A stretch of DNA of 63,958 nt, counting the filler, from Choristocarpus tenellus KU-1152 (Eukaryota; Protista; Phaeophyceae), in NCBI GenBank assembly GCA_964200185.2. It is 14 parts of 14 records of this genome, joined end to end, with 100 filler letters (N's around TTAATTAATTAA, not from the genome) between each part and the next. Parts side by side here need not be neighbours in the genome. Positions count along the whole stretch, not along the records: positions 53,972 to 57,476 come from CAXNAD020019570.1; positions 57,577 to 61,027 come from CAXNAD020019946.1; positions 61,128 to 63,958 come from CAXNAD020024361.1; 11 more parts are not named here. One strand, given 5' to 3'. A program made the translations under genes and the position numbers. Below the pieces are notes generated by a model. It saw only the letters and a program-made list of their open reading frames with translations. It was not told where the DNA came from and did no database searches. Shown here one piece after another: positions 54,562 to 63,958 of this stretch (within the stretch, counting starts at the first letter, position 1; the number at the start of each line of letters is the position of its first letter).

Positions 54562-54993
54562 TTGGACTCTGTATCCAATGATCTGTGTATCAGGTTTCCA
54601 CTCTGCCTGTTGAACGTTTTCATCATTATTGGTAATGTGACTGTCACAAAGAGTGAGTTGGGAGGCGTCTTTCGCAGGGAACATAACCTGTGGCAGAGTA
54701 TGCATGCCCTTTTATCTTCCTTACCCGAGGTCAAGGGCCGCACGTCTTTGCACAAGGAGATTGCACATGTTGACGCACAAGGTCGCCACTGTAAATTGCA
54801 ACCCCCCATCCTTCACTTCTACAAAAAAATCTCTACAAGAAAAGAGGTCTCTGACTTCAAAGGGGTGGCATTTGCGAAACAGTTATATTCTGCCATGACA
54901 TATTGCCATGAAAAACTTGTGGCGGTGAGGGGATTAGAAACTGAAGAGATTATGCAGATCACTGTTGTGCGATTGAGGGTCCGACAACAGTAA
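54562..54993 (+). pseudogene. ORF with a degenerate protein-kinase subdomain VI-like segment
   Basis: FAKQLYSAMTYCHEKLVAVRGLETEEI resembles QL.SA..YCH....HRDLKPENI, but the HRD is absent. Confidence 0.35.
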
Positions 54994-55189
54994 TGCCCAG
55001 GTAGCACCCAGCCAGATGGATTTCATTTCGGGGTCCATATGCCAGTTCGTCTAAAACACACACGCACAAAACTCAAACAACTCTCCAATTCCTTCCCCAA
55101 AACACTAATCAGTGGCCGATTTAAAATGCTACACTTTGCTCAACAAGAAAGTTAGTAGGAGCAATCGCTAAATACGGAGTGGGTGAATA

Positions 55190-57085
55190 TCTGGAACTAT
55201 TGTTAGACACCCTTCCCTTCCCTTAAATCTGTACTCCAACAATTTTTTGTTAAGTATCAATGAGGGGATATGTAGCTCGGAATTTGGTTTGTTTTGGTAC
55301 TGTCTGGCATGGCCCTGGTCTTTGTTGTCTCTATTGGCAACAATAACTTTGGATTCCCTCTGACCACTTTCAAGGCAGACCTCATGTACAGACCCCACAG
55401 TTCACATGTACTGCACGTTTTTGTCTTAAAATTAGCACAGGTAGGCATAGATCCCCCCTTGCACACCCCATTCCCTTCTACCCAGGCACAGTCCCCCTCG
55501 GTGTCATTCCTCCTGGGAAGCTGTAGCACCATTTCTGCTAGGTGGTGGAGCTTCTCTTTTTCCTAAGGCACACACACATAGCCCCCCCCTGTGCCCTTCC
55601 CCCTATTGCTGCTCAAGCGCTGTGACTGCATAGTGGGAGATTCTATCTCTTTCCCACACAGCACAGTCCTCACAGGTTTACCCAGGCACAACCCCACCCT
55701 GGGTACAAACTGGCTGAGCGACCCCTCCTCCTTCCCCCCACGTGCATCCCCCCGCCATTTGCCAATCACGTTATCGTGCCCTGCAGTACCCATCCTGGCC
55801 AAACAAAATCGGCAGTTCCCGTTACGGTTGTTGCAAGTGAGGCACAGGAGTACTCCAGGATATTGTTGCTCAACAGGATCATCGGAACAGTTCATCTGAG
55901 TGTGTCAAATTCTTGAGACTGGTGTAATTCTGTTGACAAACCCTAATGGAACCAAGCACGAAAGAGGATGCTGTTGTAAGGGACACCCTGGAGAGAAAGA
56001 GTGTGTTCGGCCAACGTTAGTCTGAAGCACAAATGCCAACACGGCAGCACAAATAGAACACAGATCACACTCCCACCTGGTTCCCTCTATTCCTGCAGCT
56101 CCCGCAACCGACTTTATTCATTCAAAGGTCTGACGAGCTAAAATCCTCACCCCCATGCCCCCAATATAGACCTTGAAGGAAACCCTCACGTTTTCCATTT
56201 TGAGTGGTAGGAAGCAGGTCGCAAAAGTAGATTTTCGTTGGGACGATTGTAAAAAAATCTCACATTCTACCACCTCAGAAGGGGTCTGACCGCCAAGGAT
56301 GTACCAAGTGAAGTGTCCCCGAGGATACTTGCCTACCCAGTGTGTGTTATCATGTGCAAGGAAACGCATTTACCCCTCAATGACGTCTCGAACCCATTGT
56401 CCATTGTTGAAGATATCGCGTATAGCTCGCCATCGTCAGATGTAGGGCGCGACAACAGCCCACAAAGATTTTGTTTCAGGGTCCCCGTTAGCATGCACCT
56501 AGAAACCGTTCGTAAAAATGCAAACAACGTTCCATCTCACCCCCATAACGCGACTCTGCATCATAAGAAATCATCGCTCTGCTTAAAAGGTTTATAGACA
56601 CCAAGCATTTGATCTTTGTAACTATTGTTAGACACCCTTCCCATCCCTCCATACTTGCAGTCGAAAAATTTCTTGTTAAACAGTACAGTCTTTGGAGGAT
56701 AGTTGTCGTGCGACTTAAGGTATGGCAGCAAACATGGCACCTAGTAAGTACTCTGGAGTTACAGTTCATGGATATTGTTAAGGGTTCCCTCTAATCGGGC
56801 ATCTAAAAGCGCGCGTAGTTAACAAAATCCACCCTCCTTCTGACCCCCTCAAATGAAATGAGGAGTGAGCCCTCAAGCCCAAAGGTGGGGGGGTCCTTGC
56901 GACCAATCGTTCTTATTCTTTGGATCGCTAATCGCTATTCACACATTACTTGCTACACTGTTTCGTATACCTGAAATCTTCCATATTCTTGTTCATTATC
57001 CCACACCTATCTTCTATTCTTCAGAACACAAACATGGTCTCTTCTGTCATCAGATTGTTTCTCACAGAATATACTTTTACACAAG
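55190..57085 (-). mobile_element. Decayed repeated sequence, probably LTR-retrotransposon remnants
   Basis: 55190-55260 resembles 56620-56690, and 56850-57085 resembles 52140-52345 on another contig; the ..INLLS.. segment recalls Copia protease. Confidence 0.4.
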
Positions 57086-57306
57086 AATAAAAAGCATGTT
57101 CTAGACAGCAGGAAAGGGTTCCGACCTCTCAGTATAGGCATTTCGCTGTATCGTGCCAGCTGTATCTAGGATGTCCTGCCCTGACTGCTGGTGTCATAGC
57201 ATTTCCCTCACCCCCATCCTCCAGTTGGACTTCCTCATTGTCATCATCCGTGTATGATGGGAGAATATTTGCAGCAGAGGGATTGCCAATGTCTACAGAC
57301 CCATAA

Positions 57307-57476
57307 CAGCCGATTTCAAAAATTGAGGATGGAGCTTTTCATTGAGGATGGGCTTGACCCAAAATTGACTGGGATAAAGTATCGATATGCTTTAAAAAAA
57401 AATGACAATACAAAAAAATATATATCGACACTTTATCCCAGTCAATTTGGGTCAAGCCCATCCTCAATGAAAAGCT
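57307..57476. mobile_element. Foldback MITE family C (long inverted arms, short A-rich loop)
   Basis: agcttttcattgaggatgggcttgacccaaaattgactgggataaagtatcgata pairs with tatcgacactttatcccagtcaatttgggtcaagcccatcctcaatgaaaagct. Confidence 0.85.
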
Positions 57477-57576
57477 NNNNNNNNNNNNNNNNNNNNNNNN
57501 NNNNNNNNNNNNNNNNNNNNTTAATTAATTAANNNNNNNNNNNNNNNNNNNNNNNNNNNNNNNNNNNNNNNNNNNN

Positions 57577-57739
57577 GGGGGAGGGGGAGGGGCTACACCA
57601 GGGTGTCCATTTGGACCTGGATCATGAGAAGTGCACTTACATAATCTATCCGACGCATGCAACCATATCACTCCAAAAACGCGACACGGAAGTATGGGCC
57701 CCGAATGGACAGCCGTTACCCTCCCAGATACTTTGAGCC
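57577..57739 (+). mobile_element. MITE family B (left end lost)
   Basis: ctacaccagggtgtccatttgg...gaatggacagcc...cccagatactttgagcc. Confidence 0.88.
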
Positions 57740-57799
57740 TTCCCTACTCATTTCTTGATTCTTCTATGATTGCATGTTTATCAAAAGAGCCTCTTCTAA

Positions 57800-60733
57800 A
57801 TCTACACACGACAGTTGCTTCACCTGCCCAATCATGTCGATTACATCAGATATCACCTCCTTAGCACCGTTGTAGGAGTTCCATTCGTCTCTGGCTTCAT
57901 TGTGGAAATGAATGTTATCAATCCGGCTCTTTTTTACACCCTGATGAATCATCGCCATGTACATCTGTAGAGGGTTGCAGTCAATGTCAGTATATTCGTT
58001 CAAGCACCTGCAAGCCTTGGGCTCATTGCTGTTTGTAGCCCTGATGTAGTAGGGACTGTTAGGTTTGGAAGTCCAGCATAAAAGTATTTCTCTTCTTCTT
58101 GAGAAACTAGAACATCAATCGCAAAGCATTTCTTAGCACTTAACTACTATTTGGTATTTCAGTATAGTTGAGCAAGTGTGTACTCCAAATATATAATCAC
58201 TATTCGGCTCAAAGTTTCTGGGGGTGGGGAGGGGTGGAGACTGTCCATTTGGGGTCCATATTTTAATGTCACGATTTTGGGGTGATTTGGTTGCATACGT
58301 CGGATGGATAATGTAAATAAAATTCTCCTGATTTTGACCCAAATGGACACCCTGGTGTAGACCCCCCCCCACACCCAGATACTTTGGGTCTTGCAGTAAT
58401 CCATTTTGAGCCCAGGGCTGCATATTTTAAGAACAATGCTCTATTGAGTGTCAAGTCTGTCCTTAGTGTACGATGACTTATGGGCAAGTTACTCTCTAAG
58501 CGTCATTACACCAGGCCATGGACCACCTCAGCAATATGCGTGGTGCTCGATAAACTTGGCTACCCAGATGCAGTTGATATTAGAAGCTAATATGACCCTA
58601 TCTGATATGTATCACTTCAGAGAAGAATAGAGTAAGGTGCAGGTAAGAGATGTAAAAGTCCATCCGTCCATCCGCAAATCTCTTCGCTCCCTCTACCAAA
58701 ATAAAACAAGATAAAACTGCTGGCACTTTGCTGTCAGGATTTTGCTGTGTTCATTCTATATCACTGCACTCAAAACGATATGCAGAGATCATACGCGAAA
58801 AATATAATTTGGTGTATTGATGTAAAGTTGTTTGACAAAAAAAAAACTCACAGGATAGACGCTCAGGAATGCTACACGATCATCACCATTCTTCAAGGCC
58901 TCGATGGTATTCCTGTATTCCTGTGGGGAGAAATTTTTTCCACTCCAATCGTCCAGTGCAGGGAGTGTGGGGTTGGTGTACTTCAATTTACCTGCATCAT
59001 TCTGCCGAGTAAACCATTGAGACAAGGGGTTGGAGGGGGAAAGTAGTATGTGACCCAAATTTCTCGTCTACTTCAAAATATGCATGAAAACATGACTTAG
59101 GGTTGGGGTTGATCGTTGACCGAAAGGGCCCTCCACAGTGCTCAAATAGCATATTCCGATATGCAGCCATAGAGGTCCCTCACGAATAGTACAACTTGCA
59201 CAAGTCACACAACTTATTTCTACTTCCAGATCTCTTTCAAGATTAGAAGGTCTGCAATTGCGTCAGTAAATTTGAGTGATCTTATTGCTCACCCCAGGAA
59301 GTTGGGATACCAGCAACAAATCTAACATCACCAAATCCACTGGTAGTTTTACCTCAAGGACTTTACTTCACGCTAAACCCTCTTACCAGTGTGTTCATGG
59401 ACTCAACCAGCAACAGTGTCCCTTTCCATGACGGGGGAATCCCTTCCCTGAATACCTGTGTTTATAGTCGTGTCAATCCCAAGCAATGACAATCAGATTA
59501 TACATTATTTTCAAAATTTGGGTTTGGTCGTTGACAGTAGTATCTAAACACAGAAAGGAAACGGGGTGAAAGGGCCAGTAAATGTTTTGTGGAAGTGGAG
59601 TAGAAATACGTTTGTGGTGCAGTGTCACTAGGTTGGTCCATCTAAAAAAAAACACCACACAGAATATTTTACTACTGCCTGATGATGAGCCTTGACTCTT
59701 ATTCTAGGCCTTACACATCAATTTGAAGTGTTTTCTATCCACATATCAAAACATTGCAGAATTGTAGGAGCTACTCTGTCCGGCAATATTCATAATCCTG
59801 CAAGTGGAAAAGCCTGCATACTTTGAACTCTCAAATTCAAACTTGGTCCTCGATGCTAAGGCTTTACAGGAAGCAACTCCGAAATCACACATCAATACCC
59901 ATAGCATGCACCACAAGTGTACACAGTCCCAGGGAAAGTCAACTCCTTCATCTTGTGCCCATTGCTAACTTCTTCAATAAACCGTACAACCTACTGCATA
60001 TACCTTACAATTACAGAAAGAACACCAAGAAAACATTTTGGTGACATTATGAGATATTGAACGCAAAGAAGATATCTGGTCAACATCAATCAGCAGTCAG
60101 AGCCTCAGGCACGAGCAACCTTATTAATAGTCTCTACTTCCCTGGCTTGGGTTTTGTATGTGAGGTAATACGTTCCATGGCTTGCATTGGTTGTAACACA
60201 AAACCCTAGGCAGTGAAAATACTTCCAAGTTGAATATAACATGCACCTTACCAACAATGTAAAAGAAAACAGTTCAATATATCACCCGAACAGGACATTT
60301 GAGTTAGGATTTTATTACAGATTTTTTAAATCTTCTATGTTAGTTTCATAATGTTCCTCATTTTCCTTACTGATATGTTTGGTCCCAAGTCTGAGGCTTA
60401 AAATATACCCCAATAAAACAGTAATAATATTTACAACTACCCCTATCACAAAGCACAAAAACTGCAAAGAATACTTGTAAAGGCACAAATCGCCATCTGG
60501 TGCCTGCCCTCACCCCTCACACCTTCATGGCGATGTTTCCTGGACCAAGTTTTTCACTCATCTCTCCTACGTCACCAACAATCACGTCTGGCCATTGCTC
60601 GCCTTCCTTGAACAGGAATTCCCTCAAAAGTTGAGTGGCATCCATCGCAAATTTGATTCCATCTATCATCGCAAGCTTTTCATCGTGGCACTCAAACATG
60701 TGGTCTTCTCTAGCATACATCAGGCGGAAGTCC
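57800..60733 (-). CDS. Putative multi-exon gene of unknown function (candidate exons ~60523-60733, ~58852-58920, ~57800-58007)
   Basis: Open, protein-like segments with AG/GT borders: DFRLMYAREDHMFECHDEKLAMIDG...GNIAMK|gt; cag|EYRNTIEALKNGDDRVAFLSVYP|gtgag; CLNEYTDIDCNPLQMYMAMIHQG. Confidence 0.4.
58206..58390 (-). mobile_element. MITE family B, full 185-bp copy
   Basis: ggctcaaagtttctggg...cccagatactttgggtc; flanks ttc/ttg. Confidence 0.92.
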
Positions 60734-60788
60734 TACCGACATGAAGGGTTAGGGTTATTGAGTGTGTTGTAGACACGGGCACAGGTGG

Positions 60789-60811
60789 GGTTAGGGTTAG
60801 GGTTAGGGTTA
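60789..60811. repeat. Interstitial telomere-type (TTAGGG/CCCTAA)n tracts. Also ~18952, 23337, 23404, 24828, 26722, 48137, 48314 and 63668
   Basis: 2-4 tandem hexamers at each site. Confidence 0.85.
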
Positions 60812-60956
60812 GTCATGACGAGATACCTAGATTCCTACTACACAACTGTGATCTCAACAGGACAATTGCACTGTACATGTAGAGTAACTTAGGCACGAAA
60901 AACCAGTTATCAATTTGTGCCTCCACCAAAAATCAAATTCATCGGGTGGAAAGTGA

Positions 60957-61027
60957 GACCCAAAGTATCTGGGAGGTGGGAGGGGGGTCTACACCAGGGT
61001 GTCCATTTCGACCAAAATCAGGAAAAG
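60957..61027 (+). mobile_element. MITE family B left end, truncated at contig end
   Basis: gacccaaagtatctggg...ctacaccagggtgtccatttcgaccaaaatcagg. Confidence 0.88.
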
Positions 61028-61127
61028 NNNNNNNNNNNNNNNNNNNNNNNNNNNNNNNNNNNNNNNNNNNNTTAATTAATTAANNNNNNNNNNNNNNNNN
61101 NNNNNNNNNNNNNNNNNNNNNNNNNNN

Positions 61128-63958
61128 GTAGGAATCTTTTTGCCATTCCCCAACAAGTTTCTCGCAAGTCCAAACAATACCCGCCACGTGTTCCCAGCTT
61201 ACGTCTTTAACTCGCTTCTGTTTCCCAGTTCGCCCAGATCTATCACCAGCGTGAATGTAGCCTTCTACAAAACTAGCTGTTTCCCATACTTCTCAAGGGT
61301 CATTAGCGCAGCGTTGTCACGTATGTGATCACTGGTCGGCCAAAGCCAGTGAATATCCATCCACCCCACGTTCCCTGTCCTCGCCGACGCGCTCCGATAG
61401 GATCTTGCCAACCAAGAGTGGCGCCTCCGTTGCCACAAAAAAGGCAAACCTACCTTCCTCCACTGAGACTAGGTTTCCATGGTTCCCCGATGTCAAGGTA
61501 GCACGGGGCCAACCCCGTCGACGGGAGCCAGGCTCTTCCTTGTCACTGTCCGATGAGGAAGAGTGTGTTTCCTCGAGCCCGCCGAGATCATTGTAACCGC
61601 TGACGAGATTATCTCCCCCACCCGAACGTTCGCCCTGGTCGTTGTCTTCGACGCCACTGGTGCTAGTTCCAGCGCCATCGTCATCAGTGGGAAGCCAATG
61701 GACTGGGAGATCGAAATCTCGTTCCCCTGTCTTTTGGAGAAGTCGCACAGACTTGCCTTGCTCGTGTTTCGCTCTCTGAACGGCTTCATCGTCTGCGAAG
61801 GTGGAATCCGTGAGCACGAGAACATCAACGGTATGGATGCATGAATGTTACTTTGTGACCAGGCGTGAGGTTGCACGAATGCGCTCGGGGAGCATGCGGT
61901 GAGAGGGAGGGTGTATATTTCGTCGGAATCGTCACTGTTGAGTACAAGACCGGTACCTTCAAAACATTTATCGGGGGTAATCTATAGTACTTTTTTATTG
62001 TGACATGCGACGATCACTACACATGAGAATGCAATATGTTTCAAGATTGTTTTTGTAAAGGCTGTAAAGGCTGTAAAGGCTGCCTCGTACAAAAGTTGCA
62101 CCAGATTTTTTTGGCTGCCACCGAATACAAAAATTAGCCATCAACTCCCCTCACGAAAAAATAGACTTACCCAGTGGGGACGCAGCAAGGAGGCGCTCGT
62201 GCGACGCCTGGTACCGCTGCTCCACCTTCAGGATGACGTCTTTGGGAATGGTCTTGAGCTGGTAGGGTGGTGCATCTTGGATACAAGGCGGGTAGCCGAT
62301 GAAGAGGTCGTGCAGAGGGGCGTTGGGGTCCATAGCAATTTCTCCGCCTATCCCACTCCATTCGGTGCTGTGCATGTATTGCTTTACGTTAACCTTCACC
62401 TGCCCATCACCGCCTTTTTCAACGCGAAAAGCGCTGTAGCTCGTGATGTTGGGGACACGGTTGACGCAACCGCGAAGGAGTCCCTTAAAGTTGCCCTCGT
62501 TCCGTAGGGTCTTGTAGTATACTGGAACCTCCGTGTAAGAGGCCTGCAGCTCTTCACCCAGCTGTGCTCTTGTGAATATGTTCTTGCCTTTTATACCACG
62601 TGAGAACCTGAAAGTGAAATGCAAGCAAATTAAGTTCAAGTCGGGGGCGAAAGAAGCGAAGTGGAGAAGCAAGATATACATGCAGGCACATGCTCTGATG
62701 CATGTATATGGAAGTATAGATACAAAAATGGGCGGTACATACCTTTTTTTTCATCATTGTTTCGAGAGTATGTTACGAAACAGTTTTGGCAGCTGCTCTT
62801 ATCGTGCAATTTTGTTGTAGGGAAATCAAAAGCCAATCAATCAATTACAGCGTACGACCATAAACCTTCCAGGAATGCAACAAGCGTGAAGTGCAAGCCT
62901 CGAGGCAGTATCTGTCCATATAAAAACACTATGTGGCTATCGAACTTGCATATATATCTTGCCTAATTACCTGGAGAAGATCAGATCGATTTTGATGTGC
63001 GTGTGCCCCACCACCATAAAATGTATCTCGACCACACGAATGACACTCACCGCAACCAACAGCCCCGCGTATCCGAGAAAGAAATTGTTCTCGTTCTCTG
63101 AGACGCATCTGTCGACCTGGCCAGTTTGGGGAGTTGGGAGCGAGGGAAGGGTAGGCGTGAGGTCGATATGTCAGCCCATTTCGCCGCGTTTCGTGGAGGA
63201 ACAGGGTACCTTTCCAGTATTGATAGAATGCAATCTCTACATCACCACCATCGTACATGCAGGTTGCAACACACAAACCAAAACTAAAGACCGTGCAGTT
63301 AGTTACTTAGTGACTGGTATTCAGCGAGTATGTGTTGAGTAGGTCGTGTCAAGATGAAACCTTCTTACCTGCCAATGCGTGTGTTGGATGATGCAATTCC
63401 CCGCGTCATCGAGGCTGTTGTGGTACTTGTCGATAAGCCTTGTGAGGGCAAGGTGGGTGGCTGTGCAGACAAGGTTACAACCTGCGCGAATAATGATGTT
63501 AAACAACTGTTGGCAAAAGTACTCAGCTCACTTATGCATTGTTTATTTGGAGCTAAAAAGAGGGGTAATGTAATTTGTTTATGCAATGTAGAGGACATAC
63601 ACCCATACGGCTGATGTACATGTCTGCGATCTCCACCACCCGTTGATTAGCTCCTACGCTTCTCTCGCCCTAACCCTAAGGTGAGGCGTAGGAGGGCAGG
63701 GGAGCACAGCGCATCATCAGTTAATCGACTGTTCACTAGGCCTGCGGTATCTGTAGGCACATTGTGTAAGGATGTACTCGTCCTTACAGATTTACCTTAC
63801 GGCAGGTCCACTCGCCGCGACGGTAAATCAAGTGGTGCGTGCGCAACCAGCATCTATTCGGTCATGTGATTGTTCGCCACGACCCACAATACGTACCTCC
63901 TCCAAGATTGATAGGAGTGAAGAACACCTCCGCGAACTGGCCTTCGACGTGTACGGCC
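61128..63958 (-). pseudogene. Intron-containing Sola-type DDD transposase, decayed; exons ~63800-63958, 62971-63116, 62171-62607 and <=61956
   Basis: AVHVEGQF..LGGG...LPSRRVDL|VDRCVSENENNF...FMVVGHTHIKIDLIFS|RFSRGIKGKNIFT...NITSYSAFRV...VKQYM; GT-AG introns with matching phases; stops in the first and last exons. Confidence 0.8.

Noticed and set aside
99-61027. Recurring A/B repeats as a CRISPR array or integron attC-like cassette system
   Set aside because: Copies are dispersed in both orientations on separate contigs, have TIRs and TSDs, and have no regular spacers, cas genes or integrase
62929-63342. Listed ORFs 62929-63276 (-) and 62959-63342 (+) as genes
   Set aside because: They are the wrong frames; the real signal is the spliced transposase exon 62971-63116

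Overview
This is eukaryotic, intron-rich and TE-rich DNA. It is not one locus: 14 short contigs are concatenated by 13 artificial 100-bp linkers (N44-TTAATTAATTAA-N44). The gene style suggests a stramenopile, probably a brown alga (inference). Host genes appear only as isolated GT-AG exons on the minus strand: an MCC-alpha-type biotin carboxylase, U2AF large subunit, RRP6, a transmembrane bulb-lectin-like protein and one unknown gene. The dominant signal is a network of related non-autonomous DNA transposons. Family A is about 260 bp, has GAG..CTC ends and non-specific 4-bp TSDs (Sola2-like), and occurs in about 11 copies. Family B is about 185 bp, and further end variants exist. All share the AAAGTATC terminal core. 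A and B also carry a subterminal GTCCATTTGG box, which in A lies 31 bp from one end and 41 bp from the other, one helical turn apart. Two decayed copies of an intron-split Sola-type (DNC..ENKN..GHTH..IDQ.FS) transposase are candidate autonomous partners. Also present are Gypsy pol/gag remnants, a DD39D-type mariner transposase, a foldback MITE, tandem repeats, and many interstitial (CCCTAA)n tracts, some of them inside MITE termini.
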